DNA of 64,000 nt from Candidatus Solibacter sp. (GTDB lineage: Bacteria; Acidobacteriota; Terriglobia; Bryobacterales; Bryobacteraceae), in the NCBI GenBank assembly GCA_013822245.1, contig PNKE01000055.1, positions 597 to 64,596 of the forward strand. Reading direction: 5' to 3'. The stretch's first letter is position 1; each line of letters opens with the position of its first letter. Shown here piece after piece: positions 36,454-46,401 of the stretch. A model generated the notes under the pieces. The model was not told the DNA's origin. It made no database searches and saw nothing but the letters and a program-made list of their open reading frames with translations. The position numbers were made by a program, and so were the translations under genes.

Positions 36454-39400
36454 TTGCACCTCTTTGAAATCTGCGTCAAGCGTCCGGTCTTCGCCTTCAT
36501 GCTGATCATGTTCCTGGTGGTGATGGGCGTGTTCAGCTTCCTCGATCTGGGCGTCGATCTGTTTCCGCGCACCGACCCGGCGACGGTCTATGTGAACTAC
36601 CGGCTGCCGGGCGCAAGCCCCGAGGAGGTGGTCTCGCAGATGACCATGCCGCTCGAGGAGGCTGTGTCGTCGGTCAGCGGCATCGATGAATTGCGGGCGG
36701 TGGTGAGCGAGGGCGGCGGCTTCATGATCGTCACCTTCACGCTCGAAAAGGACATCTCCGAGGCGGCCGAGGAGGTGCGCGAGAAGGTGGCCGGCGCGCA
36801 GAGGCAGTTGCCGCCGTCTGCGCTGCCGCCGACGGTGCGCAAGTCCGACCCCGATTCCGATCCCGTGATCACGCTGGCGCTGAGCGGCAACCGGCCCGTG
36901 CGCGAGTTGACCGAAGTGGCCGACAAGGTGATCCGGCGCGCCATCGAAACCGTTGACGGCGTGGCCGCCGTGTCGATCTCCGGCGGACGCCGCCGCCAGA
37001 TCAACCTCATGATGGACATCAACAAACTGAACGGCTACACGCTGACGGCGCAAGAGGTCGAGCGGGCGATCCGCGCCGAGAACGTCGAGTCGCCGGGCGG
37101 TCGCATCGTGACCGGCCCGTCCGAGATCGGCGTCCGCACGATGGGCCGCGTCGAGACGGTGGATCAGTTCAACAACATTATCATTAAAAATGTCGCGGGC
37201 TCGCCCATCCGTTTCCGCGATATCGGCTACGCCGAGGACGGCATGGCCGAGCGGCGGTCTTTCGCCTATTACAACGGCGTCCCGGCGGTGATCATTCAAG
37301 TGCAGCGCCAGACGGGCACGAACACGGTGCAGGTGGTTGACCAGGTCCAGGCGAAGCTGGAAGAGATCAACCGCTCGCTGCCGGCCGGGCTCAAACTCGA
37401 TCTGGTGTCTGAAACGGCCACCTACATCAAAAAATCCGTCGAGAGCCTGGAAGAGCACCTGGTGCTGGGCTCGCTTCTGGCATCCATCATCATCTGGTTC
37501 TTCATCCGCGACTGGCGCACGGTTCTGATCAGCGCCGTGGCCATTCCGGCGTCCATCATCACCACGTTCGCCTTCATGCGGCTGCTCGACTATTCGCTCA
37601 ACTCGATGACGCTCCTGGCCTTAACCCTCGCCGTGGGCATTGTCATCGACGACGCCATCATCGTGCTCGAAAACATCTACCGCTACCTCGAGGAGAAGCC
37701 CGGCATCAACCCGCTGCAGGCTGCCATCGACGCCACGAAAGAGATCTCGATGGCCGTGGTCGCAACCACCATTTCACTCGTCATCATCTTCGTCCCGATC
37801 GCCTTTACCACGGGCTATGCGAAGCGTTATCTGAACCAGTTCGGCTGGACGATGGCTGTGGCCATCCTGGTGTCGATGCTTGTCGCCTTCACGCTCACGC
37901 CCACCTTGAGCGCGCGCGTGCTGAAGCTGAAGTCGAGGAAGAAGGATGACCTTGGACACGGGCGCCGCTCGACGGGAGTCGAACGGGGATATCTGCGGAT
38001 GTTGGACTGGTCGCTGTCGCACCGCTGGGTGATCGTGTGCATCTGTGTGGTGACGCTGGCCTCGACGGTTCCGCTTTATCAGATGATCGGGCGCGACTGG
38101 ATGCCGCAGGAAGACCAGTCTGAACTCGGCCTGTCGATGGAGATGCCCGAAGGCTCATCGCTGGCGCTCACCGAGCGCGTCTCCACCGAACTCGCCGGCA
38201 AAATCATGAAGGTGCCCGGCGTCAGGGGCCTGGTGATCTCATCGTCGTCGTTCCTCGAACGCGTGGCCATGTCGCAGATGACGATCCTGCTCCATCCGCC
38301 CGGCGAACGCGGTTCGCTGGACGTGATCGCGGCGCGGATCCGCGCGCTGTTCCCCGATTACTCCTATGCACGGCCCGGCCTGCGGTTCCCCAACGTGCTC
38401 GGCGGGCGCGACACGTTCGCGCCCATCCGCGCCACCCTGCTCGGCCCGGATCTCGAACGCCTGTTCCCCATCGCCCGCGAGGCGGTGGGCGAATTGATGA
38501 AGCGGCCCGAGGTGGCCGACGTGAGGGCGAACCTGAATTTCGCCAACCCGGAACTGCAGGTCAAGATCGACCGGCAACTGGCGAGCGACCTCGGCGTACG
38601 GGTGAGCGATGTCGCCGGCGCCGTGCGATTGATGATGTCCGGCGACGACGAGATCTCCACGTTTAAGGATGAAGGCGAACAGTACCCGGTGACGATGCGG
38701 CTCATGGAAGGCCAGCGCGACAGCCAGGACGTGTTGAGCCGCCTGCTGGTTCCCTCGGCCCGGCTGGGGCTGATCCGGCTGGACTCGATCGCCAGGGTGG
38801 AGCGCGGCTCCGGCCCGTCGCGCATCGACCGCTACGCCCGCCAGTACGGCATCGGCCTGATGGGCAACATCGCCCAGGGCTATTCGCTCGACGACGCCGC
38901 CGCCGCCACCCAGCAGGTGGTGGACAACCTCGGCCTCCCGCCCGGCTACAGGCTGCTGTTCTCCGGACAGGTGAAGATCCTCGAGGAGACGACGATGAAT
39001 ATGCTGATGGCCATCGGCCTGGCGTCGATCTTCATGTATATGGTGCTGGCTGCGCAGTTTGAAAGCCTCACCCACCCGTTCATCATCCTGCTCACCCTGC
39101 CCCTGTCGATTCCCTTCGCGCTGCTGTCGCTGCAACTCACCGGCCGCTCGCTGAACCTGTTCAGCGCCCTCGGCATCCTGCTCCTGCTGGGCATCGTCAA
39201 GAAGAACGGCATCCTGCAGATCGACTGCATGAACCGCCTCGTCGACGAGGGCATGCCGCTCCGGGCCGCGATTCTGGAGGCCAACCGCATCCGTCTGCGC
39301 CCGATTCTGATGACGACATTCTCGATCATCGCCGGACTGATTCCCACGGCCGTCGCCATCGGCACCGGCGCCGCGACGCGCTCGGCGATCGCGGTCACCA

Positions 39401-39534
39401 TCATCGGCGGTCAGACCCTTTGCCTGCTGCTGACCCTGCTCGTCGTGCCCGTGGGCTATTCCTATCTCGAGGATGCGCGGGCATGGATCGGCCGCAGGCG
39501 GCGCCATGAGGCGGCAACGGCCACCGGCGACTGA
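36454..39534 (+). CDS. RND family efflux transporter permease (AcrB/HAE-type)
   Basis: 1026 aa, 12-TM RND layout. N-terminus KRPVFAFMLIMFLVVMGVFSF. The conserved AVGIVIDDAIIVLENI motif is present. Confidence 0.9.
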   Translation: MHLFEICVKRPVFAFMLIMFLVVMGVFSFLDLGVDLFPRTDPATVYVNYRLPGASPEEVVSQMTMPLEEAVSSVSGIDELRAVVSEGGGFMIVTFTLEKDISEAAEEVREKVAGAQRQLPPSALPPTVRKSDPDSDPVITLALSGNRPVRELTEVADKVIRRAIETVDGVAAVSISGGRRRQINLMMDINKLNGYTLTAQEVERAIRAENVESPGGRIVTGPSEIGVRTMGRVETVDQFNNIIIKNVAGSPIRFRDIGYAEDGMAERRSFAYYNGVPAVIIQVQRQTGTNTVQVVDQVQAKLEEINRSLPAGLKLDLVSETATYIKKSVESLEEHLVLGSLLASIIIWFFIRDWRTVLISAVAIPASIITTFAFMRLLDYSLNSMTLLALTLAVGIVIDDAIIVLENIYRYLEEKPGINPLQAAIDATKEISMAVVATTISLVIIFVPIAFTTGYAKRYLNQFGWTMAVAILVSMLVAFTLTPTLSARVLKLKSRKKDDLGHGRRSTGVERGYLRMLDWSLSHRWVIVCICVVTLASTVPLYQMIGRDWMPQEDQSELGLSMEMPEGSSLALTERVSTELAGKIMKVPGVRGLVISSSSFLERVAMSQMTILLHPPGERGSLDVIAARIRALFPDYSYARPGLRFPNVLGGRDTFAPIRATLLGPDLERLFPIAREAVGELMKRPEVADVRANLNFANPELQVKIDRQLASDLGVRVSDVAGAVRLMMSGDDEISTFKDEGEQYPVTMRLMEGQRDSQDVLSRLLVPSARLGLIRLDSIARVERGSGPSRIDRYARQYGIGLMGNIAQGYSLDDAAAATQQVVDNLGLPPGYRLLFSGQVKILEETTMNMLMAIGLASIFMYMVLAAQFESLTHPFIILLTLPLSIPFALLSLQLTGRSLNLFSALGILLLLGIVKKNGILQIDCMNRLVDEGMPLRAAILEANRIRLRPILMTTFSIIAGLIPTAVAIGTGAATRSAIAVTIIGGQTLCLLLTLLVVPVGYSYLEDARAWIGRRRRHEAATATGD

Positions 39535-39605
39535 TCCCGCGGCGGCCGATTCCGATTTCTTCATTGCGGCTGTGAACCGGGGTGTGTTGAACTGGAATCA
39601 GAGCG

Positions 39606-39815
39606 ATGCCACGCATACCCGCCAGCCCACGGAACAAGCCCGCCGCCACCCGTAAGAAGCCGGCGGCCCGCAAAGTGGCCGCGCCCGACGCCAAGTGCGT
39701 GGTTTGCGGCGATCCGGTGGCGCCGTTTTCGGCCGAAGCGTTGTGCTGGGTCTGCCGGCGGTTGAAGATCAGCGCCTGGCGCGAATCCGACAACCAGGCG
39801 TCGATGCCGGATTAA
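39606..39815 (+). CDS. Possible small K/R-rich zinc-ribbon protein
   Basis: 69 aa. Basic N-terminus, CVVC-x13-CWVC. Weak ribosome-binding site. Its stop overlaps the stop of the convergent gene. Confidence 0.3.
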   Translation: MPRIPASPRNKPAATRKKPAARKVAAPDAKCVVCGDPVAPFSAEALCWVCRRLKISAWRESDNQASMPD

Positions 39816-40750
39816 ATCCTGCTGCCCGCGCCTTCCTTGACAGCCCTTTCATAGACCAGCGCTGCCACCGCGATGTCCTGCACCGCCAGGCCCAGTGATT
39901 CGAAGAGGGTCACCCCTTCGGGCCGGGTGAAGCCGCCCGCCAGCAGGTCCTTCATCTCGCTTATGGGCAGCGAAGCCCACTCCGTTTCAGGGACCGCCAG
40001 CAGCAGGTCGCCCGCCTCGATGCGCGCCTGTTCGAGCGAGTCGACGGCAATCAGCGAGGCGCGCCTGACCAGTTCCGCCGGGATCTCGCGGCGGCCGGCC
40101 TGATTCGACCCGGCGGCGTTCACATGGGCGCCCGGCGCCACCCAGGCATCGTCGATGACCGGGTCCTTGGCATAGGTGGCCGTGATCACGACACCGGCGG
40201 CGCGGATAGCGTCTTCGGCCGATGCGGCGGCGACGGCTTCGATGCCGAACGCCGCCGCGGCCTCGGCGGCGAAACGGCTGCGCTGATCTTCAGAACGGCT
40301 CCAGACGCGGGCCTGGGTGACCGGCCTCACAATGGCCACGGCTTCCAGTTGGGTCCAGGCCTGGAAGCCCGTGCCGATCATGCCCACCTGGGCCGGACCG
40401 GCCGCGGCCATCAGGCCGCTGGCGACGCCCGTCGCCGCGCCCGTGCGGATCTGGCCCAGCGCGTTGGCCTCGATCATCGCCAGCGGTTCGGCGGTGGCGG
40501 CGTCATAAAGCAGCACGTGGAAGGCCAGCGCGCCGCGTTTGACGTTGGTCGAATAGACCTTCGTCCCGTGGTAACCCCGCCACCAGCCCGCCATCTGATG
40601 CAGCACGCTGCCGGTGGGCAGAAACATGCGCCGGCGCGGTTGATTCGACCCTTCGCCTGAAGCCAGCGCCTTGAACGATCCGGCCACGGCCTCGATGGCG
40701 TCCGCCATCGGCAGCAGCCGTTTGACGTCATCTTCCCTCAGAATGAGCAT
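39812..40750 (-). CDS. Ornithine cyclodeaminase / mu-crystallin family protein
   Basis: 312 aa. GMIGTGFQAW Rossmann motif and the overall family pattern. Confidence 0.85.
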   Translation of the reverse strand: MLILREDDVKRLLPMADAIEAVAGSFKALASGEGSNQPRRRMFLPTGSVLHQMAGWWRGYHGTKVYSTNVKRGALAFHVLLYDAATAEPLAMIEANALGQIRTGAATGVASGLMAAAGPAQVGMIGTGFQAWTQLEAVAIVRPVTQARVWSRSEDQRSRFAAEAAAAFGIEAVAAASAEDAIRAAGVVITATYAKDPVIDDAWVAPGAHVNAAGSNQAGRREIPAELVRRASLIAVDSLEQARIEAGDLLLAVPETEWASLPISEMKDLLAGGFTRPEGVTLFESLGLAVQDIAVAALVYERAVKEGAGSRI

Positions 40751-40814
40751 CGATCTCCTTTGCCTCCGCGATCGGCTCCGTTCATGCCGGGAATCGCCCT
40801 TCGGGACGGCCCCG

Positions 40815-41294
40815 TTAGCGCCGCATCGTCGGTTTGATGATGCCCTCGCCGCACAGCCCGGCGCCGTGCGTCGACAGCGCGTTCAGGAAGTTGAACAACA
40901 CTGTGTACAGCACGCGCTCGCTCACCGCCTGCCGTCCGGGCAGCCGGAAGTCGGGCGACAGTTCGCGCCGGATCTGGAGCCGCACCTCGCGGGTCAGCAC
41001 CCGGCCGCGGGCATCGAATTTGTTGGCCAACAGGAAGGGCGTCTGCAGGACGGCGCCCGTGCGGGCATCGACATAATACTGGCAACGCGAAAACCACCCG
41101 GTGTTGGCCGCATCAGCGGCGTCAAACAGCAGCAGCGGAGTTTCGCGGTCATTGGCCGACAAATCGAGCGTCGTCTGACGGTCGCTCTCCGAGATCTGGC
41201 AGTCGAAGCCGCACTCGGCGGCGCCCTGCCGAACCAGGTCCGGTTCGAGTTCGAGAAGGATCAACTGCCGCGAACCGGCATAGAGCGTTTGCAT
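40815..41294 (-). CDS. Hypothetical protein (159 aa)
   Basis: ORF with host-like codon composition. No motif recognised. Confidence 0.5.
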   Translation of the reverse strand: MQTLYAGSRQLILLELEPDLVRQGAAECGFDCQISESDRQTTLDLSANDRETPLLLFDAADAANTGWFSRCQYYVDARTGAVLQTPFLLANKFDARGRVLTREVRLQIRRELSPDFRLPGRQAVSERVLYTVLFNFLNALSTHGAGLCGEGIIKPTMRR

Positions 41295-41359
41295 CCCTTC
41301 CAGTGTAGCGTTACATTCGGCCGTTCACCGGGGCTGGGTTTGGTTCTAGACTGGACGAG

Positions 41360-42052
41360 GTGGCCCACTCTTCCGATACCCCGCTCGTTCTCTTCGACAT
41401 CGACGGCACGCTGCTTCGCCGCGCTGGTCCGGCCCACCGCGAAAGCCTGGAACATGCCGTCTGGCGGGTGGCGCGCGTTCGAACGGCCATCGGCGGCATT
41501 CCCGTGGCCGGGATGCTGGACCGCGAAATCCTGCGCCAGATGATGGCCGCCGCCGGCATGAAGCCCGGCCAAATCCGGGCCGCGATGCCCGAAGTGATTG
41601 AAACCGCCATGCGCATCTACCCCCGCCGCTGCCCGGACCTCAGCCGCAAACTCTGCCCCGGCGTACGGGCCTTTCTGCGCGCGTTGGCCCGCCGCGGCGC
41701 CGTCTGCGGGCTGGTCACCGGCAACCTCAGCCGCATCGGCTGGACCAAAATGCGCCGCGCCGGCATCGACGCCCATTTCCGCTTCGGCGCCTTCGCCGAA
41801 CAGGGCCGCACCCGCGCCGATCTCGCCCGCCTGGCCATCCGCGAAGCCAGAACTAACGGCTGGATCGGCCGCCGGTCGCGCATCGCCCTCGTGGGCGACC
41901 ATCCCAACGACGTCGCCGCCGCGCGGGCCAATCGCATCCTCAGCGTCGCCGTCGGCACCGGCGTCGTATCATGGGAGGAGTTGACCGGATCCGGTCCCGA
42001 CCTGGCCGTCACCGACCTCAGATTCCTTTCTCCGGAGATCCTGGCCCCTTGA
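41360..42052 (+). CDS. HAD family hydrolase (phosphoglycolate phosphatase-like)
   Basis: LVLFDIDGTLL motif I, VTGN motif II, VGDHPNDV motif IV. GTG start. Confidence 0.8.
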   Translation: MAHSSDTPLVLFDIDGTLLRRAGPAHRESLEHAVWRVARVRTAIGGIPVAGMLDREILRQMMAAAGMKPGQIRAAMPEVIETAMRIYPRRCPDLSRKLCPGVRAFLRALARRGAVCGLVTGNLSRIGWTKMRRAGIDAHFRFGAFAEQGRTRADLARLAIREARTNGWIGRRSRIALVGDHPNDVAAARANRILSVAVGTGVVSWEELTGSGPDLAVTDLRFLSPEILAP

Positions 42053-42450
42053 AGCACCTGTGCCTTTGTGTCCTCGCCCTGCTCGGCATCGCCGCCGCCG
42101 GCTGTGCCCGCGGCGATCTGGCCCCGCAAGCCATCACCGGGGTGACGCTGATCGACGGCACGCCGAACCCGCCGCTGAGCCCGGCTAACATCGTCGTCGA
42201 GCGCGGCAGGGTGGTCGCCGCCGGCCCCAGGGAGTCGGTCCCGATCCCCAAAGACGCCGAAAAAATCGACGGCCGCGGGCTGTTCGTCTTCCCGCTCGAT
42301 CCCAACCAGCCCATCCGCGTCGGCGCCGACGCCAATTTGCTCCTGCTGAATGTGAATCCTGCTCTCGAACAGAACTATCTTAAGTATGTGTCCGGCCGCA
42401 TGGAGATCGGCCGCTGGACCCAATACCCTGCCCATGCACAAAGCCAATAA
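42049..42450 (+). CDS. Lipoprotein consisting only of the amidohydrolase composite beta-sandwich (catalytic barrel absent)
   Basis: TTG start overlapping the HAD stop. Lipobox-like LLGIAAAGC. ITGVTLIDGT...NIVVERGRVVAAG...IDGRGLFVFP runs directly into IRVGADANLLLLNVNP...VSGRMEIG. Confidence 0.5.
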   Translation: MKHLCLCVLALLGIAAAGCARGDLAPQAITGVTLIDGTPNPPLSPANIVVERGRVVAAGPRESVPIPKDAEKIDGRGLFVFPLDPNQPIRVGADANLLLLNVNPALEQNYLKYVSGRMEIGRWTQYPAHAQSQ

Positions 42451-43894
42451 AGCCGCACACGAGGCTCAGAGCTTCTCCGTCAAACGCGCCGAGGTCGAAT
42501 TCCACAGCTTTGCTTCGTTCGGCGAGCCGGAAAAGGCCATGGGCAAGTACAACGCCGAGAACAAGCGGCGGCTTGGCGTGATGCGTCATCACGCGGCGTT
42601 CTATGGGCGCATGACGCCGTTCCTGGAAATCGGCGCCAACGTCGGCCATACCTCTTACATGCTGGTGAACGAGTTCGGCGAGCAGGGCTTCGCCCTCGAC
42701 CTCTCCGCCGACGCGCTGCGCAACGGCCGTCTGGTGATGGAGCGCCTCGGCCTGCAACGCGAACCCGTGCGCATGGCCGGCGACGCCCTGCACCTGCCGT
42801 TCAAGGACAATTCGCTGCGCATGGTGCTGGCGTTTCAGATGTTGAGCCAGTTCCAGGACATCGACGCCGTCCTGGCCGAAGCCAAACGCGTCCTGCAGCC
42901 CGGCGGCGTCTTCGTCTTCGCCGAGGAGCCGATCCGGCGCCTGCTCTCCCTCCGTCTCTACCGCGCCCCCTATTGGGACCAGATGAACGCCTGGGAGCGG
43001 AAACTGCACCAGTGGGGGCTGCTCGGATTCCTCACCAAGGACGTCATCGGCGCCGAGCAGGAAGAGAGCTTCGGCATCCGCCAGAACCACCGCACCACGC
43101 TTTGGGACTGGGTGAACATGATCGACCGCCATTTCGCCAGCCGTGAACTGTCGGTCTTCGTCCCGCAACGCGGCTGGGGCGAGCGATGGACCTACGGCAT
43201 GTTGAAGCGGTTCGACCGGCATCACTCCCAGTGGCTGCCCGCCCGCTTCCTGGGCGGCACCCTGGCCGCGTTCTGCCGCAAGGCGGGAGAAGCGCCGCCT
43301 GCCGATGCCCGGTTCGACAACATCGCCGCATGCTTCGCCGGACTCCTGAAATGCCCCGACTGCGCCGGCGGCGTTTCGATGCGCGCCGACCTCACGCTGG
43401 CCTGCACCGAGTGTGATTACACCGCCGCCAACCAGGATGGCGTCTACAACCTGCTGCGCAGCCACGACCGCCAGGAGCTTTATCCCGGCCTGCGCTCCGA
43501 TGTCATCGACTTTTCCACGGACGATTGCGCTGAGCGCCTGATCGAGGGCTTCCATCCGATCGAAGGCATCGCCGGCAACAAGTACCGCTGGATCAACGAT
43601 CGCGCCGCTTTCCGCCTGACGCCCGTCCGGCCTGGCCAGCGAAGACTCCGGCTGCGCGGCTTTTGCGGCCAGTCCTACCTCTCTCAACCCGCGCCGCCGG
43701 CGATCGAAATTCTGGCCAACGGAGCGCCGGTTTCGACGCACTCGGTCTCACGCCCCGGCCTCTTCGTCATCGAGTCGGACCTGCCCGAGGCCGCCGATTA
43801 CGAAATCACCGTCCTCGCCAGGCCCTCCCACCTCAACCCGCCGGACGAACGCTGGCTGACCTTCAACCTGTCGCTCATGCGCCTGATCGACTGA
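42434..43894 (+). CDS. Class I SAM-dependent methyltransferase with internal zinc-ribbon and C-terminal extension
   Basis: Internal ATG (MHKANK). FLEIGANVGHTS ... LHLPFKDNSLRMVLAF ... VLQPGGVFVF. CPDC-x14-CTEC ribbon. Confidence 0.75.
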   Translation: MHKANKAAHEAQSFSVKRAEVEFHSFASFGEPEKAMGKYNAENKRRLGVMRHHAAFYGRMTPFLEIGANVGHTSYMLVNEFGEQGFALDLSADALRNGRLVMERLGLQREPVRMAGDALHLPFKDNSLRMVLAFQMLSQFQDIDAVLAEAKRVLQPGGVFVFAEEPIRRLLSLRLYRAPYWDQMNAWERKLHQWGLLGFLTKDVIGAEQEESFGIRQNHRTTLWDWVNMIDRHFASRELSVFVPQRGWGERWTYGMLKRFDRHHSQWLPARFLGGTLAAFCRKAGEAPPADARFDNIAACFAGLLKCPDCAGGVSMRADLTLACTECDYTAANQDGVYNLLRSHDRQELYPGLRSDVIDFSTDDCAERLIEGFHPIEGIAGNKYRWINDRAAFRLTPVRPGQRRLRLRGFCGQSYLSQPAPPAIEILANGAPVSTHSVSRPGLFVIESDLPEAADYEITVLARPSHLNPPDERWLTFNLSLMRLID

Positions 43895-43914
43895 CCGGCG
43901 TCCGGACCAAAATA

Positions 43915-43943
43915 AGCCGGCTGGCCTTGTGGGCCAACCGGCT
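43915..43943. terminator. Possible bidirectional terminator hairpin between convergent genes
   Basis: AGCCGGCTGGCC-ttgt-GGGCCAACCGGCT imperfect stem. A weak T-rich tract follows on the plus strand. Confidence 0.35.
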
Positions 43944-43988
43944 CTGCTTTCTTCGGAGGAGTATACCGGCCTGATCGTTCAGGCTCTG

Positions 43989-44657
43989 CTATTTCTTGTT
44001 GAACTTGCGGGCCAGTGCGGCCAGGCCGAGTCCCAGGCCCATCATGGCGTAGGTGCCCGGTTCGGGTATCTCGCCCGGCGGCGGCGGCGGCGGGGGGTTT
44101 GTGCCGAACGTTGCCGGGACCTTGTCGCTCTGCCCCTGCAGCATGCCCCGGAACCGCACCACAAGGGCTTCGGGTTGGCGTGAGCCAGTGCTGTGTTCCA
44201 TGATGAACGAATCGGTGGTGATGCCGGCCAGGCCGCCGGCGAGGGTGAAGGTGAACGTCGCGGTCTCGCCCACCGCGATGCCGCCAACCGGACTGCCCGC
44301 GCCGAGCCATCCGTCTCCAAGCGAGGAACCAATGTCGAAATCACCGTAGGGAGCACCGTTGATGCCACCTTCGAAGTTGGGATCGCCAATGAGTTGGAAG
44401 TCCGGATCGTCGCTGGTGAAACTGGTGACGTCGGTGATGCTGCCGCCGGGATTATTGAAAACGACTCCCGTGATGTAGCCGCCAAAGACCGGCGTCGTGT
44501 TGGTGAAGCTCATGACCAGGCTCCCCGTGGTATTCGACGAACCGATGTATTCGATCGTCCCCGTGAAACTGCCATACTCGCCCGTGCCACTCATTGTGAC
44601 CGGCGCGGCAAACGCCGAAACGGCAGCCAGAAATAGCCCAGCCAGACTCGTTTTCAT
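43989..44657 (-). CDS. PEP-CTERM sorting-domain protein
   Basis: Signal peptide. Poly-Pro then IPEPGTYAMMGLGLGLAALARKFNKK C-terminus. GGAGGG lies upstream of the ATG. Confidence 0.85.
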   Translation of the reverse strand: MKTSLAGLFLAAVSAFAAPVTMSGTGEYGSFTGTIEYIGSSNTTGSLVMSFTNTTPVFGGYITGVVFNNPGGSITDVTSFTSDDPDFQLIGDPNFEGGINGAPYGDFDIGSSLGDGWLGAGSPVGGIAVGETATFTFTLAGGLAGITTDSFIMEHSTGSRQPEALVVRFRGMLQGQSDKVPATFGTNPPPPPPPGEIPEPGTYAMMGLGLGLAALARKFNKK

Positions 44658-44825
44658 TATCGTCCCTCCAATTCCCAGTCGTTACGGGCCTGCTCATTGC
44701 CGCCCGGTATACTTAGGTTGGAGTTCAGAGTTGTTTGCGGAGGAGGGACTTCAGGCTAAACTAAACGGCCCGCGGTACTGTTCTGGACACCCTGTCGCAC
44801 CGCGCCTGGTTCCAGGACCATCCGG

Positions 44826-46034
44826 TCAGCGGAACGTCATCGCCCCGAACGTCACCACGCTTTCCGGGTCGATCGCCCAGTGCTGGTATTCAAGCAGCGT
44901 CCCGCGCACGCCCGGCGCCGACTTCAGAAACGTGTAGAACGGAGCCGTGCCGCACCACCTCAGCTCGTCCTGCTTTTCACAGACCTGCGCCCAGAATCCT
45001 TGCGCGTCGCCCGCCATCAGGCGATCGATCCTGCCTCGGTCGCCTGCACCGGCCTCCGCCATCGCTCCGCGGTTGGGTTCGGCCGCGAAATCGTCGCCAT
45101 AGCGGCGTCCCATGTGGGCCATGTCGACGCCCAGGACGAAGACCAGCTTCGACCCCTCGCGGGCGCGGATGTCGCCCAAAACGTCAATAAAGGCGGCCAC
45201 GGCGGGGTCGCTTTCCGGGGCGCGGCCGGCTTCCATCGCCTCCGCGAACGATCCGGCCAGAATCGGCGCCACCCTTACACCCGCGCCGAAAAGACTCTGC
45301 AGGAAGACGATCTGGAATTCGATCGAGTGTTCGATCTTGTGGCAGTAGTCCTCCATCCGTATGCTGGCGGGCGCGCGCCGCGAGAGTTCGTCCACCAGGG
45401 CAAGTTCGGTCTGGGCGGCGCCCCAGGGCGTGACAAACCGCTTGCGCGTCAGCCCGTACAGCCCCGGCTCGCCGTAATGCGACGTGCCCAGGATGACAAA
45501 CGTCTTGTCCCGCGCCCACCCGCCCAGCGCTCCGTATGCCGCGCGGTAGCTTGCCCAGCCGCCCTCGGGGCTGGCATGCGGGGCGGCGATGGCGGCCACC
45601 GCTTCGGCCTCGCCGGCCGGCTGGCCCATGTTCTCCGCCATCCACGCTTCGAGCTCCTCGCCCGTGTCCGGATAGGCCGAGCCGGCGTGGCACGGCTCCC
45701 TCACCGCGGCCGACTCAAACTCGCGGACGCTCGCCAATCGCATCTCGTCGAACCGCTCGTTCTCCAGGAATCCCGCGCCGTCGAGCGCCTCCAGCAGCCG
45801 TTCCCCCAATTCCCCCGAACGCAGCTCTCCCGTGGCTTCGTGGATCGCCTCGCGCAGTCCCGCCTCGTCGTGCCCGCCGTCAAAGCACGCCAGCGCCCGC
45901 ACCAGCGGCGGCGGGACGATCAGCACCGCGTCGCTGAACTCGAACGGATCCCGGATCATCAGCCCCGGCCGGTCCTCGGCCGGCGAGGGCATGAAGTCAA
46001 GCTCCATTCGTATGCGCGGCAGCGGCTTGGCCAT
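44826..46034 (-). CDS. MEMO1 / AmmeMemoRadiSam system protein B family protein
   Basis: I chose the internal ATG (MAKPLP). AAPHASPEGGWASYRAAY, ILGTSHYG, EHSIEFQ and DMAHMG motifs. Confidence 0.75.
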   Translation of the reverse strand: MAKPLPRIRMELDFMPSPAEDRPGLMIRDPFEFSDAVLIVPPPLVRALACFDGGHDEAGLREAIHEATGELRSGELGERLLEALDGAGFLENERFDEMRLASVREFESAAVREPCHAGSAYPDTGEELEAWMAENMGQPAGEAEAVAAIAAPHASPEGGWASYRAAYGALGGWARDKTFVILGTSHYGEPGLYGLTRKRFVTPWGAAQTELALVDELSRRAPASIRMEDYCHKIEHSIEFQIVFLQSLFGAGVRVAPILAGSFAEAMEAGRAPESDPAVAAFIDVLGDIRAREGSKLVFVLGVDMAHMGRRYGDDFAAEPNRGAMAEAGAGDRGRIDRLMAGDAQGFWAQVCEKQDELRWCGTAPFYTFLKSAPGVRGTLLEYQHWAIDPESVVTFGAMTFR

Positions 46035-46113
46035 CCCTCCATAGTAGCCGGGCCACCTCGTCGGGGCGGCCGTCGTAGAATGGACGCTGGAGCCGGCCAA
46101 CAGGCACAACCAT

Positions 46114-46401
46114 ATGGACCGCATGACGGATCTCGAAATCGGGCGCGCCCTCACCGGCATCGCCGGCTGGACCTACTCCGGCAAGCTCCACAAGCTATAC
46201 GTCTTCCCCGACTTCATTCATGCCTTCGGCTTCATGGCCACCTCCGCGCTGGTCATCGAGAAGATGAACCACCACCCCGAGTGGTCCAACACCTGGAACC
46301 GCGTCACCGTCGATCTTTCCACCCACGACGCCGGCGGCGTCAGCGCCCGCGACTTCGAACTGGCGCGCGAACTCGACCGCATCGCTACAAAATTCCTATG
46401 A
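46114..46401 (+). CDS. 4a-hydroxytetrahydrobiopterin (pterin-4a-carbinolamine) dehydratase
   Basis: 95 aa. FGFMATSALVIEKMNHHPEWSNTWNRVTVDLSTHD is the PCD signature. Confidence 0.85.
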   Translation: MDRMTDLEIGRALTGIAGWTYSGKLHKLYVFPDFIHAFGFMATSALVIEKMNHHPEWSNTWNRVTVDLSTHDAGGVSARDFELARELDRIATKFL

